A stretch of 64,000 bases of DNA from Euryarchaeota archaeon UBA557 (GCA_002503285.1 DARI01000008.1:1581-65580); one strand, 5' to 3'. Counted from the stretch's first letter, positions 18,212 to 28,751 are shown. Numbers and translations are program-made. The notes: generated from the sequence alone by a model not told the origin.

Positions 18212-21154
18212 TTACACAAGTTCGATGTCTTCTTCCTCATATCTATCTATCGAGTTATCAATCTCCTCCAAAATTGGTTCTGGAATTTCGGGCATTTGAT
18301 CTACTTCATTATTATTATTTTCCGTAGCAGATATCACTTCCAAGTATGCCATTTGGGCAGCCCATTTTCTTTTATTCATACGGCTTTGAATACCTGCAAA
18401 TAATAGTAAAACTCCGACTAGACCTAAAATCATAGTTGATAATCTCGGATGAGTCAATTCATTTAGTATTATTTCAGTTACTGAAGAAATTTCAATAACT
18501 GCATCTAGAGTAAATTTAGCTGTATAATCATCGGAAAAACTTTGCTGAGTATCAAGAGGCGATGCAGAAATTATGATTGGTATCTTATCACCATTATTGG
18601 AATTACTAGGGACAGTTATATCAATTGTAAAAGTCTCTTCTTCGAAAGCCTCTAGTTCTATTAGTGGAGATCCGGATTTGCCTTCTATTGAGATAATCCA
18701 ACCAGTGGCTTCGATTTCAGAATTTAATAATACAGTCATTGGAGTATTTGCCTTATTTCTGACCTTCATCTGAATTGAATATGATTCTCCAGGAATAAAA
18801 CGAGATACAGGAGATACTTGGACTATCTCAAGATTTGGATCTGAAGCTTCAACCTCAAATGTCATAGGCAAATCAAAGTAACGAGGATTTTTATCTTCAG
18901 TATCCTCTATTATTCTGAGATAAACAGTATGATTGCCCACTTCTACCTGATTTGTCAATGTTACCGTTACAAATACTTCAGTATAATCATTGGGTCCAAG
19001 AGTAACTCTTGGGACAGAGTTGCCATCTTTATCTTTAATTGTAAATTGCCACTGACCATAAAGTGGGTTTAAATCCAAATTTTTATTTAATGATGCTGGA
19101 TTTTGAATTCTCCAAAGAGTAGATGGTTGATCATTTTCCATAGTATTAAGAATTCTGGCCCTTAAATCCACAGTTGGTTTATCCATATCTGGTGCGCATA
19201 AAGAAACTTCGATGTGCCCCAAAGGAGTTCCGTCGCAATCTTGTGAGATTTCAGCCCTTATACCAAATGTTCTCTGAATAGTGAAAATTATAGTAGATCT
19301 CAATGAGGCATTGCCTTCACTGATTATTTCTAATTCTATCTGTCCGATATCTGAGTCCTCCCTATCGTCAGAGGGCTTTACACTAAATTTTAGGATTTGA
19401 GTAGAGTGCCTTTCTAATAATGATACGTGAAAGGTTCCATCTCCTTCATCCTCTAGTATTCGTTCTCCTGTATCATTATCGAATACTTGAAAAATAGCTT
19501 TTGAACGTTTTAGAATATCTATTCTAAATGAGTCTGCATCAAAACCAGTATTAAAAATCTCCAACAAGAATGGATTAAATTCACCATATTCTACATATCT
19601 TGGTATATCTTGGTTAATTGCATCGCCTCTGGTTGAATTTGCTATTGCAACATCATGTTCTTCAGACCAAAGAGAAATTTCGGGAGGTTGGTAAACATCG
19701 ATTTTTTCCAAATCCAATTCAAGAGTATCTTGATGGACAACTGTTAGAACTCCTTCTACTGTAGCTTCTGCAATTGCTCTTATTTTTATCTTGCCCGGCG
19801 TAGTGCTTAGATCATCGGGTGCAGTAATTGATAGAATTGGATTTAATACATCGCCCCCTTGACTTAATGTATAACCACCAGGGGAGTCGAATTCTACAAG
19901 CCATGAGCTTCCTAAATTTGTAATAACTTCCAGTTCAACCTGCATAGATTTAGTTGAGTCTCCTCTGTGGACTAACTGGAGAGGAATGGGCGTAGTCTCA
20001 CCTGGTGCTATAAATTCAATATAATTATCAAATCGATGATTTACTGCTACCCCCCATTGTAGCATTTTTATTGTTTCATGCTCAATAACAATAGTATTAC
20101 CTTGAATGTCTGAGACTTCTAGTTCGATTGAGTAATCGCCCGATGTAAGGCCGCTCGGATACGTCCAAATATATTTTCCAAATATTCCTGCACTAGTATC
20201 TTCAATATCTGCATCGGGCAACAATTGGATTTTTTCACGAATTTTGTAAACGCCATTTGGGTCCCTCACCAAAAGTTCAACAGCGGCAATGTCATATCTT
20301 CCAAAGGCACTTTTTACGTCAAATGTAAATTGCATTGCCCTCTCAGAAACTATATCATTTGGGTACCATTCTAATTCCGGCCCTTCAACTAATTCAGAAC
20401 CTTCTCTTTGTACAAGAACTAAACTATCAGCCATTGCATTGGCGTTAACTTCCATACTTGAAAATCTATTGCCATCGCCATCAATTTCATTCCATGCAAT
20501 TTCAGCTTCACAAGAGGAGAATAAACCTCCGCCATCGCAATTATCCATTGATGCTTCTATGATAATTTCTAATCTTCCATCTTTAGAAACAGAAAATTGT
20601 TCCCTAGATCCAACACTTACTTCAAACACCTCATAATCGAAATCTTCACAACTGCTACCTATTCCAGAATTGCAGGCATCAAACTTCAATGTAACAGAAC
20701 CTATTGTGGAGCCTGATGCTTTCATAGTGACTGTCCAATCTACAGTAGAGCCGCTAGGTCCTGAAGCCCTTAAGAATAAATTTAATGGAATGTAATAATT
20801 ATTGCTACCTTGTAGACTACGTGTTGTGAAGTCCAAGGTGGACCTAAGTTTAGCCGTAGAGAATTGAACGGCGTTATCTAATGCATCAGCAGTTGCTTGC
20901 CCTCCATCTTCTGGAATTTTAGTCGTAATTAATCCATCACCATCGGAGGATCCATTATTATCGTTTTCTGCAAAATATAACCTATACAAATTAGTATCCT
21001 GAGAGTTTTCATATTTTTTGTTTTCTTGGTAATTAAGTTCTAAATTGGAGGTTGAGGCGATATAAATCGGTGCTAAAATTAATAATGCGAGAAAAACAGC
21101 GATTAGAGTACTTTTGTTACGTCCAACAGATGTGTAATAGTTCTCCATACCCAT
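18212..21154 (-). CDS. Large membrane-anchored surface protein with multiple Ig-like (NEW3/CARDB-like) domains
   Basis: 980 aa; N-terminal hydrophobic segment, repeated PGE...V.N.G and W....L...E...F.I.VP patterns, C-terminal TM and acidic tail. True start may be the second ATG at 21148. Confidence 0.7.
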   Translation of the reverse strand: MGMENYYTSVGRNKSTLIAVFLALLILAPIYIASTSNLELNYQENKKYENSQDTNLYRLYFAENDNNGSSDGDGLITTKIPEDGGQATADALDNAVQFSTAKLRSTLDFTTRSLQGSNNYYIPLNLFLRASGPSGSTVDWTVTMKASGSTIGSVTLKFDACNSGIGSSCEDFDYEVFEVSVGSREQFSVSKDGRLEIIIEASMDNCDGGGLFSSCEAEIAWNEIDGDGNRFSSMEVNANAMADSLVLVQREGSELVEGPELEWYPNDIVSERAMQFTFDVKSAFGRYDIAAVELLVRDPNGVYKIREKIQLLPDADIEDTSAGIFGKYIWTYPSGLTSGDYSIELEVSDIQGNTIVIEHETIKMLQWGVAVNHRFDNYIEFIAPGETTPIPLQLVHRGDSTKSMQVELEVITNLGSSWLVEFDSPGGYTLSQGGDVLNPILSITAPDDLSTTPGKIKIRAIAEATVEGVLTVVHQDTLELDLEKIDVYQPPEISLWSEEHDVAIANSTRGDAINQDIPRYVEYGEFNPFLLEIFNTGFDADSFRIDILKRSKAIFQVFDNDTGERILEDEGDGTFHVSLLERHSTQILKFSVKPSDDREDSDIGQIELEIISEGNASLRSTIIFTIQRTFGIRAEISQDCDGTPLGHIEVSLCAPDMDKPTVDLRARILNTMENDQPSTLWRIQNPASLNKNLDLNPLYGQWQFTIKDKDGNSVPRVTLGPNDYTEVFVTVTLTNQVEVGNHTVYLRIIEDTEDKNPRYFDLPMTFEVEASDPNLEIVQVSPVSRFIPGESYSIQMKVRNKANTPMTVLLNSEIEATGWIISIEGKSGSPLIELEAFEEETFTIDITVPSNSNNGDKIPIIISASPLDTQQSFSDDYTAKFTLDAVIEISSVTEIILNELTHPRLSTMILGLVGVLLLFAGIQSRMNKRKWAAQMAYLEVISATENNNNEVDQMPEIPEPILEEIDNSIDRYEEEDIELV

Positions 21155-21264
21155 CCGATATAATCAAATTGTTAAAACGTTCGGGACAATAGTACTAGAT
21201 ATGCATCAAATATTGCATTAAATTATCAGTTCGATTCAAAGCAGGAAGCCTCGGCGCTAGGCTT

Positions 21265-21349
21265 GCTGGGATACCCGAGCGGTCAAAGGGGCCGGACTTA
21301 AGCTCCGGTGGCAAGGCCTTCGTGGGTTCAAATCCCACTCCCAGCACCA
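21265..21349 (+). tRNA. tRNA-Leu (anticodon UAA), intronless, CCA encoded
   Basis: Acceptor stem GCTGGGA/TCCCAGC plus ACCA; anticodon arm CCGGA-CTTAAGC-TCCGG; long variable arm; T arm GTGGG-TTCAAAT-CCCAC. Confidence 0.96.
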
Positions 21350-21361
21350 TTTTATGTATTA

Positions 21362-21757
21362 TTACTTATTTCTGGACATAGAATATCCTATTTTTCCAGA
21401 TTTTAATATATCTATTTTTGATATTACTAACGTAGCACCTTGGACTTGATTAGGAGACAATACTTCATCCATAATGCATTTGCCCAAAGTTTCAAGAAGA
21501 GAAAATCTATTATTATCAATTATTGAATCTAATACTTCTATAAGATATTCATAATTAAGAACATTATTAATATCGTCATCAAATGCATTATTTAGCATAG
21601 ATATCTTAACATAAAGGTCAAAACTTAGTCTCTGAGGAACACCTTTTTCATAATCATGTATTCCAATATCAATATTTCTTATTACATCTTCCATGAAAAT
21701 TATATCATATGATTTATCATCACTAATATTAGGTGTAAACATATTATTCTTTATCAT
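21362..21757 (-). CDS. folB: Dihydroneopterin aldolase (FolB/FolX fold)
   Basis: Motifs IGIHDYEK..PQRL.FD, DDI..VLNY, F.LLETL, and a catalytic-position Lys in ISK. Confidence 0.85.
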   Translation of the reverse strand: MIKNNMFTPNISDDKSYDIIFMEDVIRNIDIGIHDYEKGVPQRLSFDLYVKISMLNNAFDDDINNVLNYEYLIEVLDSIIDNNRFSLLETLGKCIMDEVLSPNQVQGATLVISKIDILKSGKIGYSMSRNK

Positions 21758-21759
21758 AA

Positions 21760-22521
21760 TTAATCCTCCGTTTCAAATAAAACATCTCGCTTCCTTGACA
21801 AGAATCTTTCTCCGCAATCTACGTAGATAATTTGACCAGTTATTGCCCTTGCACTTATTAAAAATGATACTGCTTGGGCTATATCACTTGGGCTTGGTCC
21901 AAAACCTAAAGGAGATTCATTTTGAGCTTTATTAAAGCCAATTGTAGATTGGTCCTCACTAGGCATCGTATGCCCGGGAGCTACTGCATTGATCCTTATA
22001 TTGGGGGCTAGGCCACGAGCAAGAGCATCAGTTAATCCCAATAATGCATATCTAGATGCAGTATATGATATGTGGTCCGCAGATGGGTTAGCAATCTTCT
22101 GATCGAGGATATTTACGACCGACGCTCTTTTGTCATTTTGAGTTGCTTTTGATAGTTCTTTAATTAGTAAAGCAGGCGCTTTAGCATTAATATTCATGTG
22201 CGAATCCCATAAATTCGAGGTTAAATTAGATATATCATCATAAATAAACATAGATGCATTATTAACTAAGCCAGAAATTCTACCAAGACTAGATTCAACA
22301 TCATTGATTAAATTTGATGCAGAGTCTGAATTCGAAAGATCGGCGTGAAAAATTTCAGAATTCCCTCCTTCGCAATTTATCTTATTTGATAATTCTAGTG
22401 CTGCTTGATGTGAATTATTGTAATGAATAGCGATTGAATATCCTTCGGATGCAAGCATTAAGGAAATGGCCCTACCAATTCTTTTTGATGCCCCTGTAAT
22501 TAATACTGTACCTCTTCCCAT
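21760..22521 (-). CDS. Pteridine reductase-like SDR (PTR1/FolM family)
   Basis: Motifs TGASKRIG, IHYNNS, NNASMF, VNILDQ, YTASR, INAVAPG; adjacent to folB. Confidence 0.8.
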   Translation of the reverse strand: MGRGTVLITGASKRIGRAISLMLASEGYSIAIHYNNSHQAALELSNKINCEGGNSEIFHADLSNSDSASNLINDVESSLGRISGLVNNASMFIYDDISNLTSNLWDSHMNINAKAPALLIKELSKATQNDKRASVVNILDQKIANPSADHISYTASRYALLGLTDALARGLAPNIRINAVAPGHTMPSEDQSTIGFNKAQNESPLGFGPSPSDIAQAVSFLISARAITGQIIYVDCGERFLSRKRDVLFETED

Positions 22522-22616
22522 AGTTTACCGAGGATCAGTTGCTTTTTACTACTTTTAGTTTAATTCGTAGAATAGATATGATAATGGTTAACTTTCAACG
22601 TCTACTCGGCACAACA

Positions 22617-23666
22617 ATGGTGCCGCGACTACCAACAATTGAGTCGAGATCATCAGAAGATACATTAGCGTTAGATAAACACAAGCTTACTGCGTTGGAA
22701 AGAAGGAAAATGAATAGAAAAAGACTTCCTGAATGGTTCAAGACCTCATTACCGGTAGGCAAGGCTCAAGAAAGATTTAATGAGGCTAGGAATAATGTTC
22801 GTGAACATGGTTTGCATACAGTTTGTGAGGAAGCTAGATGTCCTAATATTCATGACTGTTGGGGCAGAGGTACAGCTACATTTATGGTGGCTGGAGAAGT
22901 TTGTACCAGGGGATGTAAGTTTTGTGCAGTTGGCACAGTAAAAAATCCTGAAAAATTAAATAAAGACGAACCACAAGAATTAGCAGATGCCATTAGAAGA
23001 ATGGATTTAGATTATGCAGTTATCACTGTTGTCAATAGGGATGATTTAGAAGATGGAGGTGCAAATCATTACAGAGACTGCATAATTTCAGTAAAAAATA
23101 CTACTCCAAATGTGGGATTAGAACTTTTATGTTCTGATTTGGATGGTAATTTAAATGCATTAAATATGTTATTAGACAAATTGCCAATCAAAGTTTTTGC
23201 ACATAATGTAGAATGCGTACGACGCCTAGATTCTAAAGTTAGAGATTCTCGAGCATCTTTCTCACAATCCCTAAAAATACTTTCTGAGGCGAGAAAATTA
23301 CGACCCGATATTAAAATCAAAACGAGCATAATGGTAGGTTTAGGCGAGAATGATGATGAAGTTATTGAAGCAATGAAAGAATTAAGAAATATTGGAGTAG
23401 ACATGATTACTCTTGGGCAGTATCTTCAGCCTAGTATCAAACACATACCTGTATCTCGATTTCCTAACCCTAGTCAATTTGCAAAATATGATTATGAAGC
23501 TAGAAAGATGGGATTTTCTGCTGTTGCAAGTGGCCCATTAGTAAGATCTTCCTACAGGGCAGGTTTACAATGGGAAGAATCGGAAGGAAGAGGGCGTGTA
23601 TCAACTTTGGATAAAAATGGATCAGCAATAAGTAATTTTCTTTATGAGGGCCAATTTGGAAATTAG
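22617..23666 (+). CDS. lipA: Lipoyl synthase
   Basis: Motifs TVCEEARCPNIHDCW, radical-SAM CTRGCKFC, GQYLQPS, VRSSY. Exact start uncertain (22578-22617). Confidence 0.95.
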   Translation: MVPRLPTIESRSSEDTLALDKHKLTALERRKMNRKRLPEWFKTSLPVGKAQERFNEARNNVREHGLHTVCEEARCPNIHDCWGRGTATFMVAGEVCTRGCKFCAVGTVKNPEKLNKDEPQELADAIRRMDLDYAVITVVNRDDLEDGGANHYRDCIISVKNTTPNVGLELLCSDLDGNLNALNMLLDKLPIKVFAHNVECVRRLDSKVRDSRASFSQSLKILSEARKLRPDIKIKTSIMVGLGENDDEVIEAMKELRNIGVDMITLGQYLQPSIKHIPVSRFPNPSQFAKYDYEARKMGFSAVASGPLVRSSYRAGLQWEESEGRGRVSTLDKNGSAISNFLYEGQFGN

Positions 23667-23709
23667 TTTTCCAAAGAATATATTATAACTAAGAGGCTGG
23701 GGTTAGTAT

Positions 23710-24954
23710 ATGTCAAGCGAGGAGGAAGGAAATATCACCATTCATGTTCCTGATGCTCCATTTAGGCCTGGAGATAATCCAGTTTTTGATAAATGGAAAT
23801 GGTCTCCTGATGATCTGAAAAAACCTCCAATTGACTGTGAATCAGAAGAAACATCTGCCCATTCCAGAGGACTAGTCAGAGTAATAGATGATGAAGGAAT
23901 GGCATATGGAGATTGGGATCCAAATCTGGAATATAAAGAAATATTACAAGGATTAAAACATATGGTGAGATTACGTATATTTGACGATAGAATGATGAAA
24001 ATGCAGAGAACTGGAAAATTATCTTTTTACATGCAATCATTAGGAGAGGAATGTATAGCAATAGCACAAACTATGGCGTTAGAGGAACAAGACTGGATAT
24101 TTCCAACTTACAGGCAGCCAGGTGCTCAATTTGTTAGAGGTAGAAGTATGGTTAGCATGATATGCCATTGTATTGGTAATGTTGAAGATAATGTAAAGGG
24201 AAGGCAGATGCCAGTTCATTATACTTACAAAAAAGGTAGGTTCATTTCAATTTCTAGCCCAGTAGGTACTCAATTTAGTCAAGCAGTTGGAGTAGCACTT
24301 GCATCAAAATATAAACAATTGAATGAAGTTACTATTACCTGGATTGGCGATGGTGCTTCTGCAGAAGGTGATTATCACTATGGACTTAATTTTGCTAGTG
24401 TCTATAAAGCACCAGTTATATTAAATGTAGTAAATAATCATTGGGCGATTTCTACTCACTATAATATGGCGAGCGGATCGACAAATTTTGCCAGCAGAGG
24501 GCTTGCATATGAGATACCATGTTTCAGAGTAGATGGAAATGACTTTTTGGCATTATATTCAGTTACTAAGTGGGCCAGAGAACGAGCCAAAATCGGATTA
24601 GGTGCCACACACATTGAAATTTTGACATATAGGACCGGAGCGCATAGTAGCAGTGATGACCCATCTAGATATCGCCCCTCAAATGAACATGAATTTTGGC
24701 CCGGTGGAGATCCAATAGAAAGATTAAAAATACACCTAATAAAGAATTATGATTGGACAGATGAGAAGCATTTACAATTAGAGAATGAAATAGATGCGGA
24801 AGTAATTTTAGCATATAAAGAAGCCGTTAAACATGGAGATTTGGCTAATGGCCCATATCCATCATCAGATACAATCTTTACAGAAGTTTATGAAAATGTA
24901 CCGTGGCACTTGCAAGAACAATGGGATGAAATGAATAAATGGAAGGTGGATTAG
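23710..24954 (+). CDS. bkdA1: Branched-chain 2-oxoacid dehydrogenase E1 alpha
   Basis: Motifs KGRQMPVHY, TPP-binding GDGASAEGD...NNHWAIS, HSSSDDPSRYR; N-terminal HVP....RPGD.P typical of proteobacterial BkdA1. Confidence 0.9.
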   Translation: MSSEEEGNITIHVPDAPFRPGDNPVFDKWKWSPDDLKKPPIDCESEETSAHSRGLVRVIDDEGMAYGDWDPNLEYKEILQGLKHMVRLRIFDDRMMKMQRTGKLSFYMQSLGEECIAIAQTMALEEQDWIFPTYRQPGAQFVRGRSMVSMICHCIGNVEDNVKGRQMPVHYTYKKGRFISISSPVGTQFSQAVGVALASKYKQLNEVTITWIGDGASAEGDYHYGLNFASVYKAPVILNVVNNHWAISTHYNMASGSTNFASRGLAYEIPCFRVDGNDFLALYSVTKWARERAKIGLGATHIEILTYRTGAHSSSDDPSRYRPSNEHEFWPGGDPIERLKIHLIKNYDWTDEKHLQLENEIDAEVILAYKEAVKHGDLANGPYPSSDTIFTEVYENVPWHLQEQWDEMNKWKVD

Positions 24955-25965
24955 TTGGTTGAAATGAACATGGTACAATCAGTTAATAGTGCACTTAGCA
25001 ATATGCTAGAAAAAGATGAAGATGTGATCCTATTTGGTGAAGATATAGGATATTTTGGTGGCGTATTTAGAACAAGTGATGGATTACAAAGTAAATTTGG
25101 GAAGCATAGAGTTTTTGATTCACCATTATCAGAGGGAGGTATAGCTGCAACAGCATTTGGAATGGGAATAAATGGATTAAGGCCAGTAGTAGAAATTCAG
25201 TTTGCAGATTATATATTCCCTGCATATGACCAAATAGTTAATGAAATAGCAAAAGTTAGACATAGGTCGGGTGGAGAATTTTGGTGCCCAGTCACATTTC
25301 GCACACCGGCAGGTGGAGGGATTCGAGGAGGGCATCACCACTCTCAGTCACCAGAATCACAGTTTACTCACACACCAGGATTGAAAGTAGTCTATTGCTC
25401 CACACCATACAACTCAAAGGGATTATTAATAAGCGCCATTGAATCCAATGACCCAGTAATATTTTTTGAACCCAAACGATGCTATCGGGGGCCATTTTAT
25501 GGTGATCCTCATAATGTACCTACTTGGAAAGGACACTCGGAAGCCGAAGTTCCTGATTCACATTATAATATTCCACTGGGCCAAGCTAGAATTGCAAAAG
25601 AAGGAACAGATTGTACCGTAATAGCATGGGGGACGATGGTGCATGTAGCAGAAAAGGCAATAAAAGATTCAGGAATTAATTGTGAATTAATAGATTTACA
25701 GACCCTTATTCCATGGGATAAGGAAACTATAGTAAATTCTGTAAAGAAAACTGGTAGATGCGTCATAGTTCATGAAGCCCCTAAAACCAGTGGTTTTGGA
25801 TCTGAATTATCTGCATCAATACAAGAAAGATGTTTTTACAATTTGGAAAGTCCCATAGAAAGAGTAGCAGGGTGGGATACCCCTTTTCCTCATACTACAG
25901 AGTGGGATTATATGCCTAGTCCAGCACGAATAATTGACGCGATTAAAAAAACACAGGAGGAATGA
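24955..25965 (+). CDS. bkdA2: Branched-chain 2-oxoacid dehydrogenase E1 beta
   Basis: Motifs GEDIGYFGGVFR, EIQFADY, GGGIRGGHHHSQSPE, FFEPKR. Confidence 0.92.
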   Translation: MVEMNMVQSVNSALSNMLEKDEDVILFGEDIGYFGGVFRTSDGLQSKFGKHRVFDSPLSEGGIAATAFGMGINGLRPVVEIQFADYIFPAYDQIVNEIAKVRHRSGGEFWCPVTFRTPAGGGIRGGHHHSQSPESQFTHTPGLKVVYCSTPYNSKGLLISAIESNDPVIFFEPKRCYRGPFYGDPHNVPTWKGHSEAEVPDSHYNIPLGQARIAKEGTDCTVIAWGTMVHVAEKAIKDSGINCELIDLQTLIPWDKETIVNSVKKTGRCVIVHEAPKTSGFGSELSASIQERCFYNLESPIERVAGWDTPFPHTTEWDYMPSPARIIDAIKKTQEE

Positions 25966-25966
25966 T

Positions 25967-27295
25967 ATGTCGAAATATGAATTTAAACTTCCCGATATAG
26001 GAGAAGGAGTAGTTGAAGGAGAAATAGTTGAGTGGCATGTATCAATTGGAGATGCAGTAAAGGAAGATGATCCAGTTGTAGATATCATGACAGATAAAGC
26101 AACTGTTACTATACCTTCACCAATAGATGGAACAGTAATATCATTGAGTGGAGATATTGGAGATATGGTGCCAGTTGGGACCACGTTGATAAGTTTTGAT
26201 TCAGAAAATTCTGATGAATTGGGGGCAGATTCCAGCGTAACAGAACCTACGAATAAATCAGAATCAGAAATTTTACCAAAACCTGAAGTTATAGCGGAAC
26301 CTGAAGTTATAGCGGAACCTGAAGTTTTAGCGGACCCAGAAGTTTTACTTCGTTCTGCGACTATATCGCCAGCAAGAGTAAATTCAGTAGAATCTGAAAT
26401 TCCGAATAATATAAGAAATAATGAGAGAATTTTGGCAAGTCCGGCAGTAAGGCGAAGGGCAAGAGAGGCGGGAATAAATTTAGTAAATATTATTGGATCA
26501 GGCCCTGCTGGAAGAATTAGGCATGCAGATTTAGATGTAAATATTGCTACTAAAGGAGTAACTACTGGCTCCATTAATAATAATCATAATGCTAAAAGAG
26601 AAGCAATAACTGAAGTCAAAGTTGTAGGATTAAGACGGAAGATTGCGGAACAAATGGTAATTAGTAAAAGAACGATACCTCATTTTTCATATTTTGAAGA
26701 AATAGATGTAACTCAATTAGAAGAATTAAGAAATAATTTAAATCTCTCCAGAGATGATGCTCAGCCTAAATTAACATACTTACCATTCATAATGATGGCT
26801 TTATCTAAAATAATGCCAGATCATCCAGAATGTAATGCATTATTTGATGATAATGTAAATATTGTAAGAAGACATAGTGGAATAAATTTAGGAATTGCAA
26901 CTCAAACAGACAGAGGATTATATGTACCAGTTGTGAAAAATGTTGAAACCATGGATATTTGGACAACAGCATCGGAAATGCAAAGAGTATCTGGAGCTGC
27001 CCGAAAAGGAACTGCTAGTTTAGACGAGTTAGGAGGATCAACCTTCACCATCACTAGTTTAGGAAGAGATGGAGGTTTAGGTGCTACTCCAATAATTAAT
27101 CATCCAGAAGTAGCAATATTAGGAGTCCATAAAGCAAGAGAAATGCCAGTAGTTAAGAATGGACAGATAATTATCAGAAGAATAATGAATGTTTCTAGTT
27201 CATTTGATCACAGAGTTGTAGATGGAGCAGATGGCGCAGCAATGATTCAACATTTGAAGAGAATGTTAGAAAATCCTGCTTTAATATTCATATGA
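25967..27295 (+). CDS. bkdB: Dihydrolipoamide acyltransferase E2
   Basis: Lipoyl domain with MTDKA, subunit-binding ASPAVRRRARE, catalytic FDHRVVDG; ATG 25967 after SD AGGAGG. Confidence 0.92.
   Translation: MSKYEFKLPDIGEGVVEGEIVEWHVSIGDAVKEDDPVVDIMTDKATVTIPSPIDGTVISLSGDIGDMVPVGTTLISFDSENSDELGADSSVTEPTNKSESEILPKPEVIAEPEVIAEPEVLADPEVLLRSATISPARVNSVESEIPNNIRNNERILASPAVRRRAREAGINLVNIIGSGPAGRIRHADLDVNIATKGVTTGSINNNHNAKREAITEVKVVGLRRKIAEQMVISKRTIPHFSYFEEIDVTQLEELRNNLNLSRDDAQPKLTYLPFIMMALSKIMPDHPECNALFDDNVNIVRRHSGINLGIATQTDRGLYVPVVKNVETMDIWTTASEMQRVSGAARKGTASLDELGGSTFTITSLGRDGGLGATPIINHPEVAILGVHKAREMPVVKNGQIIIRRIMNVSSSFDHRVVDGADGAAMIQHLKRMLENPALIFI
26282..26347 (+). repeat. 18-bp tandem repeat (about 3.7 copies) encoding PEVIAE in the E2 linker
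   Basis: CCTGAAGTTATAGCGGAA twice, then CCTGAAGTTTTAGCGGAC and CCAGAAGTTTTA. Confidence 0.9.
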
Positions 27296-27303
27296 GGGAT
27301 AAT

Positions 27304-28740
27304 ATGACGGAAATTCGTAAATGTAAAGTCCTAATAATTGGAGCAGGCCCTGGAGGATACGTTGCAGGAATTAGAGCAGGTCAGTTAGGCTTAGATACCG
27401 TAATAGTTGAGGGGAATAAGGCAGGAGGTGTATGCTTAAATGTTGGTTGCATACCAAGTAAGGCAATAATTCATGCTGCAGAACGATTTGAGTCACTTCA
27501 AAAACATAGTGTAAAAGAAGGCCACATGGGATTAACAGTAGAAGGAACTGCAAAATTAAATATGGCTGAATTAACAAATTGGAAAGATGGCATAGTAAAT
27601 AAATTAACTAATGGAGTCGATGCGCTGTTAAAGAATGCAGGAGTAGAGGTAATCAAAGGATGGGCGAGATTTACTGAAGCAAAGAGATGCATAGTCAATA
27701 CTGATGATGGGGAAATTACCATAGAAGCAGAAAATGTCATCATTGCAACAGGATCAAGTCACATAGATCTACCATTTATGCCATGTGATGAAGAATTCAT
27801 ACTTTCTTCAAGTGGTGCACTAAGTTTGAATAAACTACCGAAGAGTGTTGCGATTGTTGGAGGTGGATATATAGGATTAGAATTAGGTTGTGCATTAACG
27901 AAATTGGGTTCGGAAGTAACAATAGTAGAAGGAACGGACAATATACTGTCAATTATGGACAAAGAAATTAGGCGTCCATTGGAAATATGGCTAAAAAAGA
28001 ATAAAGTTACAATTCACACTAATTCGTTAGCAAGGGGTGCAGAAATAAAAGGAAAGGGAGCATCAAGAAAAGTAAATCTTATTTTTGATAAAAATGATGA
28101 GAATCATACATTAAAAGTAGATAAAATATTGGTCACAGTAGGCAGAAGGCCTAACTCAAAAGGTTGGGGAATAGAAAATATGGGAATTAGGATGGATGCA
28201 TCTGGAAATTTCATTAGGATTGATAGGCAATGCCGAACATCCGCTCCCGGAATTTATGCAATTGGAGATGTTGCAGGAGAACCAATGTTAGCCCATAAAG
28301 CAAGTGCCCAAGGAGAAATGGTGGCAGAAATTATTGCTGGAAAAAATAGAGAATTCGATAAAATTGCCATTCCAGCAATAGTTTTTACAGAACCTGAAAT
28401 TGTTTCTGTAGGACTGGATCCCGAACAAGCCAAAAATAGAGGCGAACATGTAATAATTGGTAAATTCCCTTTAGCCGCTAATGGAAGAGCATTGACTCTA
28501 GAGGCCGAAAAAACTGGAGGATTTGTACGAGTAGTAGCCAGAAAAGATGATCACGTGATACTTGGAATTCAAGCTGTAGGGAGTCATGTAGCAGAATTAA
28601 GTGGAGAATTTATTTTAGCTTTAGAGATGGGTGCATTATTGGAAGATATTGCAGATACAGTCCATGCACACCCGACAATGACGGAATCGTTTCATGAAAG
28701 TGTTATGAAAACGCTTGGTCATGCAATTCATTCAGCATAG
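27304..28740 (+). CDS. lpdA: Dihydrolipoyl dehydrogenase E3
   Basis: Motifs GAGPGGY, GGVCLNVGCIPSK, GGGYIGLE, HAHPTMTE. Confidence 0.96.
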   Translation: MTEIRKCKVLIIGAGPGGYVAGIRAGQLGLDTVIVEGNKAGGVCLNVGCIPSKAIIHAAERFESLQKHSVKEGHMGLTVEGTAKLNMAELTNWKDGIVNKLTNGVDALLKNAGVEVIKGWARFTEAKRCIVNTDDGEITIEAENVIIATGSSHIDLPFMPCDEEFILSSSGALSLNKLPKSVAIVGGGYIGLELGCALTKLGSEVTIVEGTDNILSIMDKEIRRPLEIWLKKNKVTIHTNSLARGAEIKGKGASRKVNLIFDKNDENHTLKVDKILVTVGRRPNSKGWGIENMGIRMDASGNFIRIDRQCRTSAPGIYAIGDVAGEPMLAHKASAQGEMVAEIIAGKNREFDKIAIPAIVFTEPEIVSVGLDPEQAKNRGEHVIIGKFPLAANGRALTLEAEKTGGFVRVVARKDDHVILGIQAVGSHVAELSGEFILALEMGALLEDIADTVHAHPTMTESFHESVMKTLGHAIHSA

Positions 28741-28751
28741 GTTAGGGATTT

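Noticed and set aside
25816-26574. 252-aa minus-strand ORF with SGSAIT repeats
   Set aside because: Antisense to bkdA2/bkdB; its repeats are just the reverse complement of the E2 linker minisatellite.
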